The notes under the pieces were generated by a model, which was given only the letters and a program-made list of their open reading frames with translations, did no database searches and was not told the origin of the DNA. A stretch of DNA of 64,000 nt from Emiliania huxleyi CCMP1516 (lineage: Eukaryota). Position 1 is the stretch's first letter. The number at the start of each line of letters is the position of its first letter. The stretch lies in contig NW_005201792.1 in assembly GCF_000372725.1 (NCBI RefSeq), positions 165,452-229,451 of the forward strand, read 5' to 3'. This document shows positions 10,361 to 21,488 of the stretch, piece after piece. The translations under genes and the position numbers were made by a program.

Positions 10361-10480
10361 GTACATGCAACACCCAGCCTTCCCCCCCCCCTCCCGGATG
10401 GGAGTACTACCTGGGCTCGACCGTGCTTGACTTCGCTGTTCGGATGGGAAGCGGTAGCCCACGGTGATATGGTCGCATGT
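10361..10480 (-). rRNA. 5S rRNA or 5S-like RNA, copy 2
   Basis: Reverse complement of 3580-3698 with one extra G in the G-run. Confidence 0.85.
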
Positions 10481-11957
10481 TGATGGAAGCTGGACCGGCA
10501 CGAACGTCCTATGATTGACCGGAGCTTCCGGCGGGCTGGCAGATCGTTCCCCGCACGGCAGCTGCTGGCCCACCTGATGCAGGAGGCCCTCCGGTCCCTC
10601 CTCTCCATGCGAGCCTCCATCGACGCCAGAGCTACAGCACGCGTGCTCGGAGATGCTCAGACAAACAGGCAAACAGGCAGCGCAGGAGGCGGCGGCGGCG
10701 GCGGCAGAGACGGATGAGGAGGCGGATGTGGCGTCCCAGGAGGAGGTGAACGTGGCGGCAGCAGGTGCGGCTGCAGCAGAGCAGGCGGAGGCGGTGGCGC
10801 CGCGGGAGGCGCCCGCAGGAGGAGGCGGTGCCGATCCTTGCAGTGATGGGCCCTACGCAACCGGCCACCCCGCCGCCGCCGATCCAATCCACAGCGGCAA
10901 CTCTTCGCCGTCTTGTGATCGGCAGCAAAATCTACACCGCGGCACATGAAATCCCACGTTATGCCGGAGCGTGACGAACGCAGGTTGGATGGCTTGCAAC
11001 TCTCGACACCGCCGACCTTGACACTGGCTGGCAGCTGGGGCTTCGCTCATTAATCGGAGAGAAGTGGGCAAGACGCCGCTGCGGTGGTTGGAACAAAGGC
11101 CTTCGTCGTCGGTGGTAGCGACGATGAGGTTCTCGACACCCTGGACGCTGGTGGTGCTCGACACCGCCCAGGCGCCCGCTGACAGCCAAGCCCGCCGCTC
11201 CCCACAACGTGACAAGCCCCAGCGGTTGCTGCCGCAAGCAGGCGACTAGCAATTTGCCATCGGTTGATACGACGCTCACGAGGTTGGACACTGGTGTAAG
11301 CGTTGTGCCGATACCGCCGTCCCACATGCGTCATGCCCTCGCTGCTAGGGACCCGGGCGGTGATGTGGGCGATGGGCACGCAGGCAGGCAACCGCAGTGG
11401 CTGATGGGGCATGCTAAGATCTTCGCTGTGGGCGGGTACGACAGCCGCCACCACCATCGGCGGGGATGTTCAGACACGGGCGACGTTGGAACAATAAAAC
11501 ATTGCTAAAAAATCTCTCTCTCTCTCCGGAACATATTGGGCTGCCGAAGCTCGCCTGCAAGGTCCCAAGGAGGAGCGTGCCAAAGCTCTAAGGTTACCAC
11601 GAAGAGGAACAAGCAAGAACGACAGATGGAGCACTTTTGGAGTGCAGTTGGTAACCTCACATCAAGTGCCGGGAGCTATCGCGTATCGGAAGCGCACCCA
11701 GCGGGCCGGATGATCGGCATCGGGCATTCGGGCTGCGTGCCCTTGGAATGTGCGTTCAGGAGGGGCCAAATAAATAAAACCCCTTTCTCCTAGCGATGGA
11801 GCGCCCCCTCCACTCTCTCTCAATTACGCCCGACAATCGCGCGAAAAAAAATCCTGATCTCAAAGCACGGCGCATGCGCGCGCTGAGGCGGAGCATTCTG
11901 AGGCGGAGCATTCTCTCCAGTCGACCGGACTCGCTGCGGTGTCTGTGTGCCGTGGCA

Positions 11958-12720
11958 ATGGCGCACAAGCTGGTGTTGGACCCTTTCGTCCTCCGCAGCT
12001 TCGACGAGCCAACAGGCTGCCTCTACCAGTTCGACAAGGCCGCCTTTGAGAGCTCCACCTCGACACACCATCGCCATCGTCTGCCTTCGACTGACGCTCC
12101 CCGCGCTCGCCTGTCCTCCTTCTCAGAGCCTCTTTGAGAAAACGGTCAACGCGGCGTTCGAGGACGGCTCCGCGCCTCTGGTGGATGGCTACGCTCCCTT
12201 CTGCAAGCACGTTTTTGTGCCAAACTTTACGCCCGCCAAAGTCTCCGCCCTCGCCATCTCGAAGGAGAACGAGGCTCTGCTGCGGAGCGCCTACGAGGCG
12301 AGGACGGAGCAGGAACTTCCAGTGCTCGCGCGCTGGTTCCCGAAGGAGGCGGTGGGTGAGCCGCCGGTCGCCAAGTTCCTGGACGTTATCCTCTACTCTC
12401 GCGAGCAGATTCGCAAGGAGGCGACGGCGATGGGCCGCCCGGAGGAGCTCGAGGAGGACGCCCCGTGGGGTATCATCTCCGTCAAGCCGCAGGCGCGTAG
12501 TAGCGCCGACTTCCGACCCGCTTGCACGCGCCATCAGAATCTCTCTCTGCTTGCAGCGGCCACGCCTCGCCCGCAGGACGTGGACTACGAGCTGCCGATG
12601 CAGCCAATCACGATGATGCGCAACACGATGGTCGAGGAGGGCGGCTCCGGCGTGCCGCTCGAGCGCGAAAAGTACATTGCATCCGTCGAGTTTTGGGCCG
12701 GGCACGCCCTTATCAAGTAG
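11958..12720 (+). CDS. DUF3228 family protein, 3 exons
   Basis: LVDGYAPFCKHVFVPNFT, LLRSAYEARTEQELPVLARWF, LDVILYSREQI, ELPMQPITMMRN, GGSGVPLEREKY. Confidence 0.85.
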
Positions 12721-13166
12721 GGGACTTCGCAGCGCGCGTCTTCGTCACTCTCCCCCAGGTGACACAGTATGTTCGAGGGCGGCATTTTTGCTGAACAGTC
12801 GCATGCATGGGCACTTGAACAAAGAAGGGGGGTGGGGGGGGGAAGGGGTCGATTCCTTCTCACACTTCGCGTTCTCTGGCTGTCGGGTCCGCCCGGTCCG
12901 CCCCGCCGCCGCCGTCCACGAACCATTGACATTTATTTCTCACGCGCGCCGCGAACCGGCAACCGGAACCGCGATGATATGGAGAGTGAATCACAATTTG
13001 GCCGTTTGACAATGGTTTCTCGTACGTATCTCTCGCCTCTACTCCTCAAAACGCGGTACCCGCTCGCATAATCCACCACGGTCGCACACCCTGCGACTCG
13101 AGAGACACTCTTCACAGGACAAACGCACACGTTTAAAAGCAGTGCTGGCAAGTCGACTGAGTTGTC

Positions 13167-13684
13167 TCACACCATCGCAGGCGACACGGCTCGCTTCCCT
13201 TCTGCGACTCTGCGCGGCTCGACGCCGCTGCGCGCGCCCAGCGGCGGCGACGCCCCCGCACTGCTGCTGCCGCCGCCGCTTCCGCCGCCGAGGTTGGCCG
13301 GGGCACCGGTGGACTCGAGGGACTCGAGGGAGAGGCCTAGGCAAGGCAGCAATGAGTGGTAGGCAGGAGAGCGCCGTGTCGTTCTACGTGCAAGGCCCGC
13401 CTCGCGAGCGAGTGCTGCGTGGTGTGTGAGTGCATGCACGCGTGTGTGGGGAGGTTCTGCGGTCGCATGGGGCGCCTCGCGAGCGCATTGCATCCGCGGC
13501 AGTGCGGCCGAGGAGCGCTGCGGCGAGGACGGCGGCGACGGCGCCGAGAAGGAGAAGCGCCGGGTCGGCTGGCGGCCCGCCAGCCACAACCACCTTTTGA
13601 TGAGCGTCGCGCCGTCTCTCAACGCAATCTCGTCGGAATCTCGGCAGCGCAATCTCGGCGCCGCCTCGGCGCCCTCCCGGCCAT

Positions 13685-13719
<35 letters not shown>

Positions 13720-14754
13720 AGGACGCCTCTGCCCCGAGGGCGCCGCTCGAGACGTATGCGAGCGAGTTTGGCGCGGATCCGATGGCGGTGGCGGCGAGGA
13801 GGCGGGGCATGTCGGCGTGCGAGAGGCCGACCAGGTAGGAGGACCACGTGAAGGGCACAAACGTGGAGAGGCGCAGCAGCAGCACCAGCCGGAAGGGCTC
13901 CGTCCCGAGGGCGGTGTTGAGGGCGGCGAGGTGCGGCGAGCCGCGCAGCATGCGTCGCTCGTAGCGGGTGCGCGCCATCGCGCGCGCGAGGAGGCTGCAG
14001 AATAAGGTGGAGAGGGTCGAGCCCACCACGACGAGGAAGGTGCCGTACTGCACGCCGAAGGCCGCGCCGGCGAGGAGCACCTGCGGAAGTGGCAACAGGC
14101 AGGCGGAGGTGCAGGGAGGACATTGCAGCGGGCCGTGGGTCGCACGACAGACACGCCGCAGGGAGGTGTTGCGGCGGGCTGGAGGCCGGAGGCGTCAAGC
14201 GGTGGAGTGGTGGGCGGTGGACTCCACTCGGGCGGGCTCGTCTCGGGAGCGTCTTTCCCTGTCCGTCCTCTCTCCCGCACCAAGTAAAAGCCGGCTGCGA
14301 GAGGAACCGTCTGCAGCGCGGCCAGCAGCGCGACGTAGGCGGCGCCTCCGAGGACGGGGCCGAGCGAACGGATCGCGTCGATGAAGGCGGCCGTCGCCTG
14401 CAGCGGCGAATAGCCCGTCCGCCACTGCACAAAGAGGAAGACAAGCGCCAGCCCAACAAACTGGACGATCTCGGACGCCACGGCCATCGTGGCGCAGCCG
14501 CACGCGGCCCGCATATCGCTGCTCGAGTCGACGCCTCGCGCATCGGCTCGCACCGCAACGCTCGCAGCGGCTCCGGCAGCGGATCTCCTGGCACAGCCGG
14601 CGCACCCGTCGCCGCCATCGCTGGAGCTGCAGCAGACGGCGCAGCCGCCGGTGGCGTCGAGATCGCTGCTGCCACCGTCTGCACTCTTTGATGAAGCAGC
14701 GGCCGACACGGCTCCTGGGAGCCACGGCATCTCGCTCGGAGGCAGCTTTAGCAT
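13167..14754 (-). CDS. VTT/DedA (SNARE-associated Golgi, TVP38/TMEM64-like) membrane protein, multi-exon
   Basis: LLAGAAFGVQYGTFLVVVGSTL, FRLVLLLRLSTFVPFTWSSYLVGLS, ATAIGSAP; several hydrophobic helices. Confidence 0.8.
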
Positions 14755-14906
14755 GCGGCGAGCCAGCCCACCAAAGTCGTGCAGAATTCGAAAAAATAAT
14801 TTCGAAAACGACTCTGAAAGGAAGAAATCGGGTGTCCGGAAGTGCCGGCCTGCTCAGCTAAAAGCCCGGCTGCCTCGGCTCCAGCCCGCGTAATCGCGAC
14901 AGAGAG

Positions 14907-15780
14907 ATGACAGACAAGAGCAAGGCGGAGTTGCAGGCGGAGGGCTGGGTGTTTAGCGGCAGCCAGGCCACCGCCGACGGTGCCGGCAACGCAGCCGCGG
15001 CCTCCTCGAAGCCCGGCGCAGCGCACTTTTACGGCTCGGCCGGCGTGTCCGAGGAGGAGAGCGAGGGCGAGCGGCTGCTGGGCATCGTGGTGCAGCACGG
15101 GCTGCAGGTGGCGCAGGAGGTCCTCGACACGATGGCAGTCGACGGCCGTCCCACAGTGCAGGCCAAGGGCTGCAGCGCCATTGCCATCCTCGCAGAGAAG
15201 GACGCCGGGAGGGCCGCCGTCCTCGACGCGAACGCCGTCTTCGCCGTCACGAAGGCCATGGAGGTGCTGGCGGCGGCGGCGCAGGTGCAGGCGTCCGGCT
15301 GCTCGGCGCTAGCCAACCTGTGCCAGGGCGACGGGGCGGCGGCGGTGCTCGAGGGCGGAGGACTCGAGGCGGTGCTGGCGGCGATGGCGGCGCACGCGTC
15401 AGAGCCGGCCGTGCGCTCAAGGGCTGCCTCGCGCTTGGCAACATCGCGTTCGGCGCCGAGGGCGAGGCGCGCGCGGTGGAGCGGGGCGGTGTCGGCGCGA
15501 TCGCGAGCTGCCTCCGGGCGCACGGCGCCGACGCAAAGGCCGTAATCTCGGCTACATCTCGGCTACATCTCACAGAGGCTTTCGAACCTCATTCGGCTGC
15601 ATCTCGGTTGCATCTCAGGTGTGCGAGGAGGCGTGCGATGCGCTCGCCAATCTCGCTGCGGGCGAGGCGGGCCTGAGGGCGCTGTCGGCGGAGGGTGGAA
15701 TCGAGCTGCTGCGAGCGACGTCGCGTGCGCACCCGAGCCTCTCCAGCGCAGCCGAGGTGCTTGCAGCACTCGAAAAGTAG
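14907..15780 (+). CDS. Armadillo-repeat protein with an apparent 1-nt frameshift near 15413
   Basis: Repeats VQAKGCSAIAILA, VQASGCSALANLC, LKGCLALGNIA, CEEACDALANLA. Confidence 0.7.
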
Positions 15781-16472
15781 AGGAGAAGGCCACGGGCTGC
15801 TGGGCACATGCGCCGTGGCCGCACACCGTGGGGTCCGAACCGCACACCGCTGACGGGCGGGGTCCGGGTCGCGGGGTCGCGCGGGCGGCGGGGACGCCAC
15901 AGGATCTTCCATCTTGTAAAGGACGCGCCGGTAAAGCAGCCCTAGCCTAGGGCCTAGCAGCCGTATCTAAAAGTGTGAACAGAGAAGAGAACACAACTAC
16001 AAAGCCGCCCCACGCGCCCGCGGCACCCTCTAGTGCCCCTGGCCGGCCAAAGAAAGAACATAGGTCGTAACGTACGCCCCAACACCTGGCCACGACGGCC
16101 CTCTCCCTATCGCCCAGCCCCCCACGCCCCTACACGCAACCGAAAAGTACCTAAGTACCACCTCCAGACGGGAAGCAGAACAGCACAGACTGAAGCAACG
16201 ACAAAACCGGGCATCGCACGCAATCGCGACGGTACGTACTCACCTCCGGCCAAGCGCACACAGCACGCACCCTCCAAAACACCCCTCACAAAGCACACCG
16301 CACGGAACCTCTCGCTCTCCCTCTCTCGTCCAGGGGGGGGGGGGGGGGGTCTCGACCACCCCCCAAATAACGTGCGGCCATGCCTGTGTCGCGTCCATGC
16401 ACCCATGCGCCCGAAGAGGGCTGCATGCACATGCACACGAGAGCACACGCCCACACGGCGCCCACACAGCGC

Positions 16473-17688
16473 TCACACCAGCGGCAGAGGCGGCGCGGAA
16501 GCCGCAGCGGCGACTCGCCGCCGCCGCAGCGCGAGCACAAGCGCGGCGAACGCGGTGGCGCAGAGCGCGGCGGCGGCGGCGAGCGGCCGGGCGCCGGAGC
16601 GCGTCGCCGGCCGCTCCAGCGCCGCCGCGTCCGCCTCGAGTCCGAACCAGCTCGAGAACCAGCCGGAGGAGGGCGGCGACGGCGCGGAAGCGACGTCTCG
16701 CCGGTGCACCACGTAGCGCGAGTTGTCGATGAGCGCCTCGTCAAACGAGTACGTGAACGCGCCGCCGTCGCCGTCGCCGCCGTAGCTGGCCCCGCGCCCC
16801 TCGGCGCCGCCCGCCATCAGATCGCTGCCGCCCGCCACGGCATGGGACCCGCCCGTTCGCGTCGGCTGCGGCACCTGCCGGAGCGGAGGGGTGTGTGTGT
16901 GTGCCAGAGCCGGGGGGGGGGGGGAGGGGCTCTGGGAGGGGCTCTGGACGGGGGGCAGGAGCGGGGCGACAACGAGCCAGAGGCTGCAGCGTGCAATGTG
17001 GCGGCGCCTCGGCTGTTTCTCGGCTGTGTCTCGCGCCTCGGAGATCGAGCCAGAGGGCGCGCTCGCGCTCGACTCCCACGCCACGCGCCCCTCCGAGATC
17101 GCCTGCTCGATCGAGTCCCGAAACACGCAGCAGTGGCGGCTTGAGCCGCACGAGCCCGCCGTGAAGGCCGCCCCGGCGGGCGCCTGCCAGTCGTGGACCG
17201 GGCAGTCCTCCTCCTGGTGGCCGTCGCGGCAGCACGCGCCACGGTGGCCGCAGAAGGAGGGGCAGGGCCCGCCCTTGCCGCCGCACTTGTCCCAGCAGTC
17301 CTCGCCGTAGTGCGCCATCGGCACGCCCGGCGTCTGGCCAGACTCGTACTTTTCGGGGCTCGCCGGCTGGTTCTCGATGTAGACGATGAGCTTGCCTTGG
17401 CCATACCCGTCCTCGATGGCGACCGTGTGCTCGCCTGCGGACAGCTCTCGGACACGTCGTGGACGTGTCCAGGACATGCCCCGGACATGGCGTGCGCTCG
17501 CCGTCGGAGCTCGAGACGGAGACGGCAGCGTAGCCCAGGTAGTCGGACATGCCGTAGAGCGCGTCCTCGTCGAAGAGGGAGACGACGTAGATCTGGCCCT
17601 CGCTCGCTCCTGCGGGGCCGGCTCGCGGACGTGTCGTGGACGCGCCCCTCCCCTCGTGCTGAACACACACACACACACACACATACAC

Positions 17689-17748
<60 letters not shown>

Positions 17749-18934
17749 GGGGGGAGAGAGAGGGAAGAGAGAGAGGGAGGAGAGAGGCCCGCCGGTAAAT
17801 TCGCAGCAGTGCTGCCAGCGAGGCGCATTCTCGTTGTCGCGCGTGGCCGTGCGGCAGACGCCGTCGGCAGAGGCGGTCCCGCCGGCCGCTTTGACGAGCG
17901 GGTCAGCGAGCTTGTGCAGGTCTTGCAGCAGCTCCTCCTGCAGGGTGGCGGAGAGGGAGGCACGGTCGGGGGCGGTGGAGGGGCCGGGGAGAGCGGGGTG
18001 CGGTGGGGCGGGAGGGGCGGGAGGGGCGGGGTGCGGCGGGGCGGGCGAGGAGAGGAGTGGGAAGAGTGTTCGGACGTGTCCCTCGCCTGCAGGTTCTCGG
18101 CGAGCATCTTCCACTCGAACCCGCTACTCGGCTTGTCTGCCAGAGTCACCTGCCGGCGGGGGCGGTGGGGCCGAGGCGGGAGTCACGCCCTCCCGTCTCC
18201 AGCGCGGCCGGCGGATGGACAGCGCGGTGGGCGGGTGGGTGGGGAGGGGCGGCGGCGAGGCAGCAGCAAGGGGGCTCGCGGCGCGGGCGAGAGAGGAAGA
18301 GTGTGTGTGCATCGGACGCCTTGGCCCACGCGTCCGGCTTGAGGTCGTTGCCGCTGAGCGGGAAGAAGTCTGCATCCGGCAGGTCGATCGCAGACTGCAC
18401 GCAGATGAAGCGGCGCGCGGGCGGCGGCGGCGGCGGCGGAGGCGGCAGCGGCGGCAGCGGCGGCGGCGGGTTGGCAGCGACGGACACGGTGAGCAGCGAG
18501 GGCTTGCCGGTGGAGTCCAATGGCACCTTGCCGTCGATCTGGAGCTCGAGGTCAAAGGTGCCTTCGACGTCGGCGAGGCGGAAGCCAGACGAGCCGAGAT
18601 AGTCGCCGTACCACTTGACGTTCTCCGCATCAAACACAGAGAACCAAAAGTAGCCGTCCGCCTGAGACTCGCTCACCTGGCAGCAGGCGGGCTCCGAGTA
18701 CTGTCCGTTCTGCTTGACCCTTTTCCAGAGCGGATTCTGCTTGTTTGGAATGTACTCGCTGTGGCACAGCTCTTCTCCGTCCACCTCGACCTTCACCCAT
18801 GGGTCGGGCGCCGGGTCTTTGGGAAGCTGGTCGGTGTACGGCAGGTTTTTGGCACCGATCACACAGACCTCGCGCCACGCAGCGGCCGGAACCAGCGCCA
18901 GGCCGAACGCCAGAATGGCGGCTCGACCGCGCAT
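16473..18934 (-). CDS. Signal peptide, two C2 domains, Cys-rich module and C-terminal TM; multi-exon
   Basis: MRGRAAILAFGLALVPAAA; AKNLPYTD..PDPWVKV..NPLW..SVFDAE..DYLG; second unit AIDLPDAD..PDAWAKV..SLFDED..DYLG; CWDKCGGKGGPCPSFCG..ACC. Confidence 0.75.
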
Positions 18935-19385
18935 GCACGGGATACGCCGCCTCGTTTCGTGCAAAGCGCCGTGCCTCGATGGACTAACACGTCCTTGGGT
19001 GATGCAGTGATCCGCTTTAAAGTGTGTTTTTCTTTTCCGCAAAAGAAAGGGAAAGGGAAAGGGAGTTGAGAGAACGACGAGAGTGCACTTTGAATGCCGT
19101 GGGGCTCCTGCCTGGGTCCTGCCCGTGAGAGAGAGAGAGAGATTTTCAATACCAAACAACTCTAACACTCACGTTTTTGTTGCCCGTGTGTCCGGGTGTG
19201 GAGAGGATGCGGACGGGAAGAGACGTAGAGCACGCCCGGGAGCCCCGAGGTGGGCGACGGGGCTAGCACCACACGACACTCCTCTCCTTAAAATCACTGT
19301 GTCGTGTGGGGGGGTCGCGGCTAGCGGGTCGCGGCTCGCGCGTCGTCGCGCGGCGCGTGCCGTGCTGCCGTCCTCTCGCCGCCCC

Positions 19386-21378
19386 CTCTGGGGGGAGGCG
19401 GGGGCCCCCGGAGGCACCATGCGCCGCGCAGCAGTGCGGAAACGGGGCTCCGGCTCCGTTAGTCTCCGTTAGCACCAACTTCCCGAATGATCACGGTTGA
19501 TCAGAGGGCAGATTCGGAGAGATCTCGAGGAGTACATGCAGATAGACCCTCCAATCATGAGAAACCTCCAACTTGATCGGTCGTACTGACCGCCGACAGA
19601 TCACTCCAGACAGCAGACAGGCCGACGTCTGCACGCGGCCGGCCGGGCGAGAGGCTTGACACGATCCGACCCTGCGACCCTGATGCTGCTGCTCTAGCTA
19701 TCAGACATGCGCTGCTGACTGCTGCCACAATGTGCGACCGGTGCTGGCCCACTTGGCGGCCTTCCCGGTCAGTGGTGAGGCGCAGTTCAGAGCTGTCGAT
19801 GGCGCGATGCCGCACTGGTCCCACATCGGTGACACGAGACCACCACGTTTGCCGGTCCAAGAGAGAGGCACCGGCGCTGTCCTGAGAAGGTGCATGGTCC
19901 CTCTTGACTGCCCATTAGCACGAAGCTGTGTAGGCATAGCCTCGAGAGTGCCAGCAGCTGATCCGAGGCAGTTTGTGACGCGCATTGCGTCAGAAGCGTG
20001 CACGCGCTGGAAGGACACCTTGGGCCTTCCTACTGGCCGTACGATCAGGTCGTCACTGAATGCTGAAGACTAAGGCCGCGAGCAATGCAGGCGGTCAGTT
20101 GAGCAGCATGGCACGGTCAGCAGCGCCGAAAGAGGATGTCGCAAGGCGTGATAGCATGGCCGCAAGTACGCCGAATTCCCATGAAAACAAAGTAATAACG
20201 CACGGGCCCTCAGCGGAGCTGGGAAGAGGACCGCCGCAAGCGGCGTGGCGTGGAGCGGTTGTGCATCCCTCCGGGGGCCCCTCTGCGCCGGGGAGGCGTT
20301 GTTGGAGGCTAGGACGCAAGCGTCCGTCGCCCTTTTCAAACTCGGGGCCCACTCCGCTACGCTCCGACCCGAATTTGGAGGGCCTGAAAGTTTAAGGTGT
20401 TGCTGCGCAAAAGGGGTCGGACACAGGGCGCAGCTCATGCTAAGAGCTAGAAGAGGAGCTAGAGAGAACGACTACCCTGTCCCGTTATTGCGTACACCAA
20501 CACCACAAAAGCTCTCTCTCTCCTGTCCTCACTCAGAGGGGGGTCACAACTACCAAGTCCCTCGACTAGCTGCCACAGGGCGCAGCTGCCACAGGGCGCA
20601 GCTGGAGACGCTCTCCCTCAATCGGCATCCACCCCCACCCGCTCCAGCCCCACTTCTGCTGCCGAGAGAGCTGAATCGAAGCAAGCGAGCCATTGCATCT
20701 TGGCGTGCTCCTGGAGCGCGGCTTTCTGCTTGGCGGCAACGAGCACGGCGGAGTCGGCGTCGTAGCGCGCATCGTTCCCGCTCATCGCCCATTCCTCCCA
20801 CGTGACGTGTGTCGGCCGCGATTCGATGTCGCCACCTTCATCGCCAACGAGGACTCCCTCGACTGCAGGGGGCTCCGGCGCGGGGAGGGACTCCGCCTGC
20901 TGCGCTGGCCGACCGCGCCCTCCTCCTCCATGGGCTCGATCCGATTCCGCAGCGTGTCGTCCCCAGCGGCGGTACTGCGCGGGAGGCGGCCGCGGGCACG
21001 CTGGGCTCGATCAGCGGCTTTCCCTCAGTTGCTCCGAAAGCACGGATTTGGCGGCCGTTCTTGCATCTTGGCTTCAATTTTACGAATGTCTTGGCACCAG
21101 CTGAAGGCTTGCGTCCCAGATCGCCCAGTTCGTGCACGGTATTCGGATTTTGCTATTTGTTCGTGTGGGGGTATATTGCAGATTTGTCAATGGTACCGCG
21201 TCTGCGACGCGGGCGCCTTGCGAGCAGAGCCCTTAGGACACCCTTTATTTATATCTTGCGCGGTCAAAAATCGCGCAAAAAAGAAAAATCAAAAAAATCG
21301 GCGCCTGCGGCGGGCCGCTGGGGGACCCCATCTCCCCCCCGCATGGGTACCCCCTAGGGCCCTCGCCTCCCCCCAGAG
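19386..21378. mobile_element. Family A element, copy 2 (1993 bp, with ~1 kb extra internal cargo)
   Basis: TIR CTCTGGGGGGAGGCG(G/A)GGGCCC; perfect 8-bp TSD GCCGCCCC. Confidence 0.9.
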
Positions 21379-21488
21379 GCCGCCCCATGGCCCATCTCCC
21401 AATCCCTCCCATGGAGGATGGAGATTGTCTGTCTTCCCGGTTTCTTTCTTTTTAAGACTCTTATACTTACCCAAGAGCAGCAGCTCCG

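Larger units (their letters stand above)
9915..11558 (-). repeat. Segmental duplication, copy 2 (likely source; overlaps intact RpiA)
   Basis: Reverse complement of 2660-4255; has ~155 bp extra (~11349-11505) and lacks the MITE. Confidence 0.95.
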
